From Vicinamibacterales bacterium (GTDB taxonomy: Bacteria; Acidobacteriota; Vicinamibacteria; Vicinamibacterales; CAVVIG01): DNA of 55,065 bases. Positions 45,591 to 53,701 of the stretch are shown here, piece after piece. The stretch's first letter is position 1, and each line of letters opens with the position of its first letter. The position numbers were made by a program, and so were the translations under genes. The notes beneath the pieces are model-generated. The model was not told where the DNA came from, made no database searches, and worked only from the letters and a program-made list of their open reading frames with translations. The stretch spans positions 1-55,065 of the forward strand of contig JBEBGB010000001.1 in the NCBI GenBank assembly GCA_040081675.1. Reading direction: 5' to 3'.

Positions 45591-47034
45591 CGAGCGGCCC
45601 GGTCGTCTGTCGGGCCAGGCGAGCCTCGTGCTCGCGGGTACCCTCGTGGCGCTGGCGTGGGGAGCGTTTGCGTTCGGTGCAGTCTATCGGTGGGCTTACG
45701 TGCCGCTCGCGATCTTGTGCGCGTGTGTCGGTCTCTTCGGTCTCGCCACCGGGAGGCGCTCCGTTTGGGACGCTCGGTGGGTACTCTTCCCGATAGTCGG
45801 CATCGGCCTGATCGGTGCCATCCAGCTCCTACCGCTTCCCGGCAGCTGGCTTGCGCTGGTGAGTCCGGGAACGGTGGCCTTTCTTCGTCGCTACGACCTT
45901 GCGTACGCATTCGCTCTGGATCCGAACACGAACACTCCGGGCGCTGTGACGCACGCGATCTCCGTTTCTCCGCTGTTGACACTGCGCGCCCTCGCTCTCC
46001 TCGCTGCACCACTCCTGCTGTTTGTTGGACTGTATCGCACGCTGTCGCGAACCGCGGCGAGGCGTCTTGCCGCCGGTGTGGTGTCTATCGGCTGCGCGCT
46101 CGCCCTGATTGGTGTCGGCCAGAAGGCGCTGCTGGGCGACCACGCGTACGGTGGCATGCGCATCTACGGCTTCTGGCGTCCCGAGTCGTTGCTTACAACG
46201 CCGTTTGGTCCATTCATCAACAGGAATCACTTCGCAGGCTGGATGCTCATGGGAACGCCACTCGCTCTTGGGCTGGCGGCAGGTGGGTTCGTGCGGGCGC
46301 TGCCCACGCTGCGGGGCAGAGGCGCGCGCGCCTGGCTCGTGTGGTGCTCCGATCCCGACGGTGGACTCACGTTGCTCTACTTCATCGCGGCGATTCTGAT
46401 GACGCTGTCGTTGTTCATGACCGGCTCTCGCTCGGGCATCGGCTGCTTCGTTGTCGTCGCCGCCGGGATGCTCTTCGCCGCGCGCCGACTCGCAAGGGCA
46501 CGAACGATGATTGGGCTGAGCATTGTTGCGACGCTGACGCTCGGGCTCGTGCTGCAGTGGGCCGGCCCGGACGCGGCGCTCGAACGCTTCGTTCGGGAGT
46601 CACAGTCGATGTCGCTTCGGCTGGACATCTGGCGAGCCTCGCTGGAGGCGTTCCGGCAATTTCCAGTGCTCGGCAGTGGCCTGGATAGCTTCGGTACCAC
46701 GATGCTGGTGTTCCAACCAGGGGCAAGGGATTTACGCTACGTCGAAGCTCACAACGAGTACTTGCAGCTGCTCGTCGAGGGCGGACTGGTCACATTTGGC
46801 CTGATGATCCTGGCGATCGCCGCGGTGGTACGCGGCGCCAGACGCCGCTTCCGCGCCGGCGACGATGGACTCGACGGACATTGGGTGCGTGTGGGAGCAG
46901 CCATCGGACTGGTCGCCATCGGGCTGCAGTCACTGGTGGAGTTCAGCCTGCAGATGCCAGGCAACGCGGCTTTGTTCACCGTGTTGCTGGCGATGGTGCT
47001 CTACATCCCCACGCCAATCCGAAACAAACCGTAG
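45565..47034 (+). CDS. O-antigen ligase / Wzy_C-family polytopic membrane protein
   Basis: About 11 TM segments, 'TGSRSGIG' and 'AHNEYLQLLVEGGLVTFGL' (Wzy_C signature). The GTG start overlaps the reductase gene by 26 nt, so the start is uncertain. Confidence 0.8.
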   Translation: MPPPSRSANERPGRLSGQASLVLAGTLVALAWGAFAFGAVYRWAYVPLAILCACVGLFGLATGRRSVWDARWVLFPIVGIGLIGAIQLLPLPGSWLALVSPGTVAFLRRYDLAYAFALDPNTNTPGAVTHAISVSPLLTLRALALLAAPLLLFVGLYRTLSRTAARRLAAGVVSIGCALALIGVGQKALLGDHAYGGMRIYGFWRPESLLTTPFGPFINRNHFAGWMLMGTPLALGLAAGGFVRALPTLRGRGARAWLVWCSDPDGGLTLLYFIAAILMTLSLFMTGSRSGIGCFVVVAAGMLFAARRLARARTMIGLSIVATLTLGLVLQWAGPDAALERFVRESQSMSLRLDIWRASLEAFRQFPVLGSGLDSFGTTMLVFQPGARDLRYVEAHNEYLQLLVEGGLVTFGLMILAIAAVVRGARRRFRAGDDGLDGHWVRVGAAIGLVAIGLQSLVEFSLQMPGNAALFTVLLAMVLYIPTPIRNKP

Positions 47035-47100
47035 CGTGACCAACTCGCGCTTTCGTTGCTGCTGTGCGCAGACAGCCATGGCAACGCCTTCGGTGACGTG

Positions 47101-48234
47101 TCAGTGCGTGTCAGCAGCGCTGCGCCAGAGCCACCGACGAGCGCCACGAAGAGCCCGCAGCACGTACATCGCCGCCAATGGCATGCGGCTCGACGGCGCA
47201 TAGACACTGCGCATGTAGTCGCGGCTCGGAAACAGATGCTCGCGCATCAACTGCGACCGCTCGGACCAGGTTGTGAGCACCCGCAGATCGTCGAGAACGA
47301 CCCTGGCCTGTGCGCGAGGGCGAAGATACTCGGCCGTACGCTCAGGTGCGTGGCTGACCAGTCGAGCGTCGCTGAGCACCCACGCGGGAACGTGCGTGTG
47401 GAGCCACCGGGCTGCCTGCGAAAGACCTTCTCGACACACCGCGGCGACACCACGCTCGGCGATGATCGTCAGAAAACCGTCCCACTCCCGAGCCTCGAGC
47501 CGCGAGGCGATGAGGTGGATGTCGTACGTCCACTTCAACTTGTGAGGTTCGTCGTTGTGGTGAGCCACTTGATGCATGCAGGCGATGAGCAGCGCGTGCA
47601 CATTCGATGGTCCACGGGCACGCGGCCCCAGCGATGGGATCGGCTGCGAGGCCGCGAGCAGCTCATCGAAGCGCAGGACGTGCGCGAAGACCTGCGGGCT
47701 CGCAAGCCGCCAGTGCAGGTCCACGAGGTGAACATCAGCGCCGTGCCGCGTCAGGGCATGGAGTTGCTGGGTCGCCGTCAGCTCGCCGGACGGCTTTGCA
47801 TCGGGGACATAGCCGAGGCCGCCCAGCACGCGGGTTGCGCTATCCCGCTGTGTGCGCCCAACGAGCAGGTCCGAATCGATCCGCGCGCGAAGGTCAGGTC
47901 TCGAGTAATGGCTGTATGCCAGATGACTGCCCTTGATGACCAGCACCTGAACGCCGTCGGCGTCCAGTTCGTTCAGCAACCGGCGCAGTTCAATCTCCGC
48001 AGCCAGGTCGGATGCCGCGAGTTTCTGCGACGCTTCTCGAAACACCCTTCGAAGCGTGTCGGCCAACTGGTCGCCTGCGGCGAGACGATCGGCCACGAGC
48101 GCCACGATATCGTGCTCTCGGGCGGCGCTCAGTAAGAGCTCCGCGTCAGACGTGGTCGATGAGCCCGCATCGCACTCCTCGCCTCTCAGCATCGAAGCCA
48201 GGCACTCATCCAGGCCGATAGATCCCTTCTGCAT
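47101..48234 (-). CDS. Nucleotidyltransferase (PF14907-like, lasso-cluster-associated)
   Basis: Trimmed to ATG 48234, 10 nt after the ABC stop. Pol-beta-type NTase motif 'VIKGSHLAYSHYSRPDLRARIDSDLLV', and 'KWTYDIHLI' further on. Confidence 0.7.
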   Translation of the reverse strand: MQKGSIGLDECLASMLRGEECDAGSSTTSDAELLLSAAREHDIVALVADRLAAGDQLADTLRRVFREASQKLAASDLAAEIELRRLLNELDADGVQVLVIKGSHLAYSHYSRPDLRARIDSDLLVGRTQRDSATRVLGGLGYVPDAKPSGELTATQQLHALTRHGADVHLVDLHWRLASPQVFAHVLRFDELLAASQPIPSLGPRARGPSNVHALLIACMHQVAHHNDEPHKLKWTYDIHLIASRLEAREWDGFLTIIAERGVAAVCREGLSQAARWLHTHVPAWVLSDARLVSHAPERTAEYLRPRAQARVVLDDLRVLTTWSERSQLMREHLFPSRDYMRSVYAPSSRMPLAAMYVLRALRGARRWLWRSAADTH

Positions 48235-48244
48235 GGTCAGCGGC

Positions 48245-50062
48245 TCACGCAGCACCGATCTCGACGCCCTGGGCGTCAGAGAGCGCGCGGAAGCGACTGG
48301 TCGGGTTGCCGAGCAGCGACGACCATGTGCCACACTCCCGCACGCGGCCGCCTTCGATCACGTAGATTTGATCGGCGTTTCTGATGGTGGACAACCGATG
48401 CGTGATGACGACGATCGTGATCTGCTCGTGGAGACCGTCGATCGCCGCCTGAATTCGCTGCTCGTTCTCGGAGTCGAGCGCACTGGTCGCTTCATCCAGA
48501 ATCAGAACCTGGGGCTGTCGTAACAGGGCTCTCGCAAGTGAGAGGCGCTGGCGTTCCCCGCCGGAAACCAGCACACCGCGATCGCCGATCACCGTGTCGA
48601 GCCCAGCCGGAAGGGCACGGACAAAGTCGGCAGCTGCGGACCGCTCCAGGGACTGCCAGATGGCTTCGTCGGTGGCCGAGGGACACGCCCACAACAGGTT
48701 TGCGCGAATGGTGTCGTGAAACAGCAACGTCTCCTGCGCGACGTATCCGATCCTCGCGCGCCACGACTGCAGCCGCTCCGGCGTGAGTGGCATCTCGTCG
48801 ACGAGCACGGCGCCGTGTGCAGGTGTGACGAGGCCCATCATCAGGTCGGCGATCGTGCTCTTGCCTGCGCCAGATGGTCCCACGATCGCGGTGGTCGTAT
48901 GTACGGGCACATGCAGCGTGACATCCTCCAGCGCCGGCCGCCCTGGCGTCTCCAGGTAGCTGAATGTCACATGGCGGCAGTCGAGCGACGCTTCGAACGT
49001 GACGCGGTCGTGCCGGGTTGGCTCGGGCTCCGCCGCAGCGAGGCACTGCGCCTCGGCTTCGACGACGCTCTCGAAGGCGGGCAACTCCACCAGCAACACC
49101 TGCGCCCTCTCATAGAGCGAAGTCACACGTGGCACAAGCCGCGCGAACAGGAAGATGAGCAGCAGCAGCGAGGCTGCGGATATCTGCATGACCGCTTGCG
49201 CGACGTACACGATCGCGGCGAGCAGCACCGCCGAGCCAATCGTCAGCCACTGACGGGCGCGGACGGACGCCGACATCGCACTGAGGCTTGCCTGGCCCAC
49301 CTCCGACGATAGCAGGCCGAAACGTTCCGCAAGACGCGACCCCGCGCCGTATCCCTTGGCCATCTTCATGCCCGCCAGATGGTCGAACGTCGCGCTGTGC
49401 AGACGCGTGGACGCGTCGGTGTACCGTTCGCCTGCAGCGTGTGCCCTCGCGAGTTGCCCTCGCATGGCGAGCGCCAGCACGGCTCCGCAGGTCACCACGA
49501 ACGTGGTCATCACCGGCGAAACCCGGAATGCGAGCACCACGTACACGAGCGCAATCACGCCCGTCACGAACAGGTCCATCAGGTAGTACGCAGCCGACGC
49601 GACACGATCGATCCGTTCGGTCAGCAACTGACCGAAGGTCGATGTTCGAGTTCGCGAGAAGTACACCCACGTGGTGCCCGCGATCGCGCGATGCAGTCGC
49701 CTTCGCAACGTGTCGACGATCTGCTCGCGGAGCCGCGTCTGCACGGTCGTTTGCTGCCGTTGAAGCAGGCTCTGGACGGTAACGATCGTGACGTACAGCG
49801 CCAGAACGGCGGGCAGCGTCGGAACCAGGCCGACCAGGGCGAATCCGCTCCTGAACACGCCCATGACGCGACCGAGAGCGCCCTGCCCCGCGTCGACTCC
49901 GACCAGTTGCAGAAGCGGGATGAGCACCAGAAGCCCGATTCCTTCCGCCAGACCAACGGCGAAGGTCAGGAGCATGGTGAGTGCCGCGCGGCGCGGCGCG
50001 ACCGCGATGATCGCCGTCACGAACTGCCTCAACGCGCGGAGAGTTGGAGAGAGGGTGCTCAC
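48245..50062 (-). CDS. ABC exporter, fused permease + ATPase (McjD-type lasso peptide export/immunity)
   Basis: 605 aa with a 6-TM domain, then Walker A 'GPSGAGKST', signature 'VSGGERQRLSLARA' and Walker B 'LILDEATSALD'. Starts 6 nt after the B2 stop. Confidence 0.9.
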   Translation of the reverse strand: MSTLSPTLRALRQFVTAIIAVAPRRAALTMLLTFAVGLAEGIGLLVLIPLLQLVGVDAGQGALGRVMGVFRSGFALVGLVPTLPAVLALYVTIVTVQSLLQRQQTTVQTRLREQIVDTLRRRLHRAIAGTTWVYFSRTRTSTFGQLLTERIDRVASAAYYLMDLFVTGVIALVYVVLAFRVSPVMTTFVVTCGAVLALAMRGQLARAHAAGERYTDASTRLHSATFDHLAGMKMAKGYGAGSRLAERFGLLSSEVGQASLSAMSASVRARQWLTIGSAVLLAAIVYVAQAVMQISAASLLLLIFLFARLVPRVTSLYERAQVLLVELPAFESVVEAEAQCLAAAEPEPTRHDRVTFEASLDCRHVTFSYLETPGRPALEDVTLHVPVHTTTAIVGPSGAGKSTIADLMMGLVTPAHGAVLVDEMPLTPERLQSWRARIGYVAQETLLFHDTIRANLLWACPSATDEAIWQSLERSAAADFVRALPAGLDTVIGDRGVLVSGGERQRLSLARALLRQPQVLILDEATSALDSENEQRIQAAIDGLHEQITIVVITHRLSTIRNADQIYVIEGGRVRECGTWSSLLGNPTSRFRALSDAQGVEIGAA

Positions 50063-50068
50063 ACCCCG

Positions 50069-50581
50069 CTAGCTCGCTGGAATGCTGTGCGGGGCGCTCG
50101 GCGGCGGCTCGGCGTCCAGGTGTCCGTCAGGACCAAAGGCGAACGCAGGGGTGTAGGACGCAATCGCGGATTGCGGTTCGCCAACCAACTGCCCGTCGAC
50201 CAGCACCCAGGCGTGACCGATCACACCGGCGGGGTCACGACCGACGCCGATGACCAACGTCGGATGCGCGCCCGCCGCGCACAGGTAGCGATACGCGATG
50301 AGGCTGCGTTCGAGACAATTGGCGCCCCGGTTCCACCGCGTGAGACGGGCGCCCCACTGCGCGAACGTGATGATGCGGCGCTCGCGATCGGCGTCTCGAG
50401 TCGCGCGCCGCTGCGGCTGATGCATGACCGCGGCGAGTGACTTCACCGAGACAACGCGTTTCAGCGCTGGAAGGACAAGAGCCCACGCCAATGCCTTGGT
50501 CACCAGGATCGCGTCGGAGACGGTGCGCACTTCCTGACCAAGACGACGAAGCACGTAACCACGCGGTGCGGCTGGAGACAT
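50069..50581 (-). CDS. Lasso peptide leader peptidase B2 (transglutaminase-fold Cys protease)
   Basis: Trimmed to ATG 50581, which overlaps the kinase stop by 1 nt (TGATG). 'GANCLERSLIAYRYL' (catalytic Cys) and 'GVIGHAWVLVDG' (catalytic His). Confidence 0.85.
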   Translation of the reverse strand: MSPAAPRGYVLRRLGQEVRTVSDAILVTKALAWALVLPALKRVVSVKSLAAVMHQPQRRATRDADRERRIITFAQWGARLTRWNRGANCLERSLIAYRYLCAAGAHPTLVIGVGRDPAGVIGHAWVLVDGQLVGEPQSAIASYTPAFAFGPDGHLDAEPPPSAPHSIPAS

Positions 50582-51510
50582 CACTGCACCGTGGGGGACG
50601 GCGTGGTCGGGCCGCGTCGGCGCGCCTGTCCGGTGAGACCGCCGTTCACGCCGCAATCGGCCGCGTGTGCTTCGAGTTGATCGAGGTTGGATGCCAGCGC
50701 GGGGAAGGTTCTGGGAAAGGTGAATCGAAAGGAAGGCACCGCGACGGCCAGCGACAGGTAATCGCGCATGAGCCGTTGGTTGTGTTCCGGCTCGTTGATG
50801 CTGAACGCATGTGCTTGCGCCAGCAAGAGCGGAAGGCTCTCGGCAGCTTTGAGTCGTGTGAACGACACCGGCGTCGACGGGTCAGGCGACGGGTCCAGGG
50901 CGTAGATCACCCTCAGGCGGAGACAGGTCGATGGCCAGTCGAACGGGATATCCGTTGCCTCCGACTTGCCAAAGTACTCTGCTGTCGCTTGACGCAGTCG
51001 TGCTTCGCTTCTGAGGGGGTACAGGTTGATGGGCGCGTCAGTGTCGTTGGGGTGACACGAAAAGGCCAGGGCGTCGTCGGAAACCGGCGTCCATCCAGGA
51101 CGCTGGGCCAGAGCGTACGCGGTTGTGGACTTGCTCGCACCGCTCGGACCAGTGAACGCGATCACGTCGCCAGTTGGCGACGCAACCGCGCTGGCATGCA
51201 GAACCTGTCGGTGCCAGATTGGATAAATGGCGGGGAGCCAGCTTCTCCACACGAGCTGTTCGAACTGGGATCGATCAACTCCGGTGCACGGGCACAGTAC
51301 CAGTTCCGGGCGGTCGGCGGTAAAGGTCGCGCCGCCGAATTCCGGCTGCCAAATCCAGTACTGTTGCCCGACCAGAAAGCAGTGCGTGGGTGCCTCACCG
51401 TCCACGGGCCAGGTGGCCAGATGCTGGCCAGCGGTACTGACACGAACGAATACGTCGTCCGTCTGGCTCACCACCTGCCAACGCAGGACCGGGACGACCC
51501 ACGATGACAC
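50581..51510 (-). CDS. HPr-kinase-homologous peptide kinase (lasso tailoring)
   Basis: P-loop 'FTGPSGASKSTTAYALA' (compare HprK GxSGxGKS). Start set to GTG 51510, just downstream of the precursor stop. The tracked 373-aa ORF extends over the precursor gene in another frame. Start uncertain (+/- 60 nt). Confidence 0.7.
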   Translation of the reverse strand: MSSWVVPVLRWQVVSQTDDVFVRVSTAGQHLATWPVDGEAPTHCFLVGQQYWIWQPEFGGATFTADRPELVLCPCTGVDRSQFEQLVWRSWLPAIYPIWHRQVLHASAVASPTGDVIAFTGPSGASKSTTAYALAQRPGWTPVSDDALAFSCHPNDTDAPINLYPLRSEARLRQATAEYFGKSEATDIPFDWPSTCLRLRVIYALDPSPDPSTPVSFTRLKAAESLPLLLAQAHAFSINEPEHNQRLMRDYLSLAVAVPSFRFTFPRTFPALASNLDQLEAHAADCGVNGGLTGQARRRGPTTPSPTVQ

Positions 51511-51521
51511 GGTCGTAACGC

Positions 51522-51683
51522 CTAGTCGCCCATCATCTGTTCGAGGGTGACGCTGCCGTTGTCCATGTTGATCATCGTCTTCGAGCCTGCCCGGACGAAG
51601 TCGCGCAGGTTGCCGAGTTCTTGAACTGACGGCGAATGCCAGACCGGCTTGAGGCGGGCTTCGTTGCTCTTGGGTGCTGCCAT
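51522..51683 (-). CDS. Lasso peptide precursor (53 aa): MAAPKSNEARLKPVWHSPSVQELGNLRDFVRAGSKTMINMDNGSVTLEQMMGD
   Basis: Not in the ORF track (below its size cut-off). ATG 51683 is preceded by GGGAG (51691-51695) with a 7-nt spacer, and TAG ends at 51522. The leader has W-x2-P-x-V-x3-G spacing like the lasso RRE-recognition motif. The C-terminal part has a small residue followed by Asp 8-10 residues later. It sits between the cyclase and kinase genes. Confidence 0.7.
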   Translation of the reverse strand: MAAPKSNEARLKPVWHSPSVQELGNLRDFVRAGSKTMINMDNGSVTLEQMMGD

Positions 51684-51699
51684 GAAGAAACTCCCTGAA

Positions 51700-51731
51700 C
51701 ACCGCTAACGCGGTGGTTTGTCGGTATTCTA
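51700..51731 (-). promoter_or_regulatory. Possible precursor-specific -10 box (TAGAAT) and 5'-UTR hairpin
   Basis: Minus-strand TAGAAT at 51731-51726, with no convincing -35. The CACCGC-GTTA-GCGGTG hairpin at 51715-51700 would sit at the 5' end of such a transcript, just upstream of the SD. Confidence 0.25.
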
Positions 51732-51814
51732 GCGAATCGGTCGCAGTGCAAGCCAGATTGGTTGGGCTAGAAGCACGACTTTGTGTATACGCGAGGAGAC
51801 AAGCGGCGCCGTTT

Positions 51815-53701
51815 TCAGCGCCCCGTGTGCACTGACGTCCAGAGTTCTGCGCTCATGAGCGCGAACATGCGCACCAATGTGCTGCTGTCCGGGTCCGCTG
51901 ACCCGGCGTCTTCCCGTAAGACCCGCGGGTCTACCAGGTTCAACGCCGACAACGTCTCGAACTGGTGCATCCGCCAGGCGCTCGTCACTCCGTCGCGAAG
52001 AACGCGAAACACCAGATCCTGGCCTTGTTTCGGATATTCCTTTCGTTGCCTGCCGAATCCGAGACCGGGGAGGTGTCGCTCCACGACCGGTCGAAGCAGG
52101 CCCTTGTACTTGTTGCCATGGAGGAGCACTTGCGGCGGAATTCGCCGGAGGAGCTGTACCAACGAGGCGTCGTGGTAGGGAACGAGCAACCGCAGCCCGC
52201 ACAGCCGTTCGACGTGAAATGTCGTCTCGAACTCGTGGTGGACGTACTGGTTGTCATCCGAAAGCGATTGCCGCAGATAGCTTCTCGGAATCCTGCCGGC
52301 GCTGCTTAGTGCCGGCGTTCGTCGGTTCGCGAGATGCTCGATGAGCTCATCTCGCAAGGCGAGGTCTGGGCACAGCCACGCAGGGATTGCGCCGTCCGCA
52401 CGGCTCCGGTGATAGCGTGCCTTGGCGCGTGGAAGCGTCAGCATCGCGAACGAATCGACAAAGGGCCGCACCGCGCCGTGCCAGAGCAGGTGCCTCGCCG
52501 CGCTCCGGTAGGACGCTCCGCCTGTCCCGATCTCCGAGTGAATGAAGCCGCGGAGGTCGCTCAGGCGAAGTCGGCGCAGGAGATCGGCGGCATGAGCGTC
52601 TGGGACAGACAGCCAGTTGTCGGCGCCGGAGCCAGTCAGCAGCGTGTGCAGGTTGCTGTGCACCGCTTCGCGGAAAAAGCCCATGGCGGAGCCGACCCAG
52701 TAGATCCGCGACGGTCCCGGCAACTGCGGCGTCACTTCGAGAGAAAGCTCGACTTCGTTCCGCTCGTGCGTCCACTCCGACTTGCGCCTGACCACGTGCG
52801 GCATGCCCAGCGCGCCGGCCGACTGCGCCTGCTGATCCCACTCATGGAGCAGTTCGTCGGTCTGGCCCGAAAGCGCCACAAGCGGCGGCCGCGCGTGATC
52901 GCGACAGTATTTTGTCGCGAGCGCCGCCAGAGTGACCGAATCGACGCCGCCACTGAGCATGAGGCCGTCTGGCGCAAGCCGCATGCAGCGCGAAACCGCC
53001 CGATAGAGGGCAGGCTCGAATGCGTCCAGAGCCTCGCGTTCGCTGAGGCAGTCGGCGTCGGTTTCGGGCACCGCATCCCAGTACTTGCGTTCGCGCGTGG
53101 TACGGTCCGCAGCAACCTCGAGGTAGTGACCCGGTCGCAGGCGCTTGATGTCTGCAAAGAAGGTCTCGCCGGCGCCGGGCCAGAGCGTCATCGCCGCCAG
53201 AGCCAGTGACAGCCTGTTCGGCGTGTTGGGTACGTCGCCGCTCGCTGCCAGGGTCAGCACGTTCGCGCCGAACCAGATCGCTCGCGGGCCGGCTGAATAG
53301 AACAAGGGATGCCGACCCATGGGATCGCGACCGAGGAACAAGCGATGCGTGTCGGCGTCAGCGATCGCGACGAGATACGCTCCCTCGAGCCTGGACAGGC
53401 ACTCCATGCCCCACGCCTGATACGCCGACGCGACGATGTGCGCGCACGACGCTGCCCCGGGCAGACGCAGTTGCTCGCACAACTCGTCCCGATCGAACAG
53501 GTACCCGTCGAACAGCACGGTGCTCGGGCGTCCCGGCGCGCCGTAGGTCCAGAACGTCGCTCCAGTGTCTGCACGCTGCACATCGAACGGGCCGACGCTG
53601 CTCAGTCCATCTCGGGGCGGCCGGGCCGACCGCTGGTCGTATGCAAAGGCGGCGACCCACAGGGGCAGGTCGTACCGGGTGTCGATACTGGCTGTACTCA
53701 T
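51815..53701 (-). CDS. Lasso cyclase C (asparagine-synthetase B homologue)
   Basis: 628 aa. PP-loop 'MLSGGVDS' is present. The N-terminus 'MSTASIDTRYD' lacks the Cys2 nucleophile of glutamine-hydrolysing AsnB. The start overlaps the PqqD stop (ATGA). Confidence 0.9.
   Translation of the reverse strand: MSTASIDTRYDLPLWVAAFAYDQRSARPPRDGLSSVGPFDVQRADTGATFWTYGAPGRPSTVLFDGYLFDRDELCEQLRLPGAASCAHIVASAYQAWGMECLSRLEGAYLVAIADADTHRLFLGRDPMGRHPLFYSAGPRAIWFGANVLTLAASGDVPNTPNRLSLALAAMTLWPGAGETFFADIKRLRPGHYLEVAADRTTRERKYWDAVPETDADCLSEREALDAFEPALYRAVSRCMRLAPDGLMLSGGVDSVTLAALATKYCRDHARPPLVALSGQTDELLHEWDQQAQSAGALGMPHVVRRKSEWTHERNEVELSLEVTPQLPGPSRIYWVGSAMGFFREAVHSNLHTLLTGSGADNWLSVPDAHAADLLRRLRLSDLRGFIHSEIGTGGASYRSAARHLLWHGAVRPFVDSFAMLTLPRAKARYHRSRADGAIPAWLCPDLALRDELIEHLANRRTPALSSAGRIPRSYLRQSLSDDNQYVHHEFETTFHVERLCGLRLLVPYHDASLVQLLRRIPPQVLLHGNKYKGLLRPVVERHLPGLGFGRQRKEYPKQGQDLVFRVLRDGVTSAWRMHQFETLSALNLVDPRVLREDAGSADPDSSTLVRMFALMSAELWTSVHTGR

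Noticed and set aside
47035-47100. Bidirectional terminator in the convergent gap between the O-antigen-ligase-like gene and the lasso nucleotidyltransferase
   Set aside because: Only short interrupted stems are present (GTTGC...GCAAC enclosing GCTGT...ACAGC), with no U-tract on either strand. This is too weak to call.
50581-51702. 373-aa ORF as the full kinase gene
   Set aside because: Its first ~64 residues ('[60 protein letters not shown]...') have shadow-frame Arg/Pro/Gln composition. They overlap, in another frame, a short ORF with a good SD and lasso-leader features. The kinase was trimmed to GTG 51510.
51815-53701. Asn-synthetase homologue as an EPS-associated amidotransferase (as found in exosortase/PEP-CTERM EPS loci) or housekeeping AsnB
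   Set aside because: It lacks the N-terminal Cys nucleophile. It is translationally coupled to a PqqD gene, and a precursor-like ORF, a transglutaminase-fold protease and an ABC exporter follow it. It is also separated from the EPS genes by a convergent junction. The lasso cyclase call fits better.
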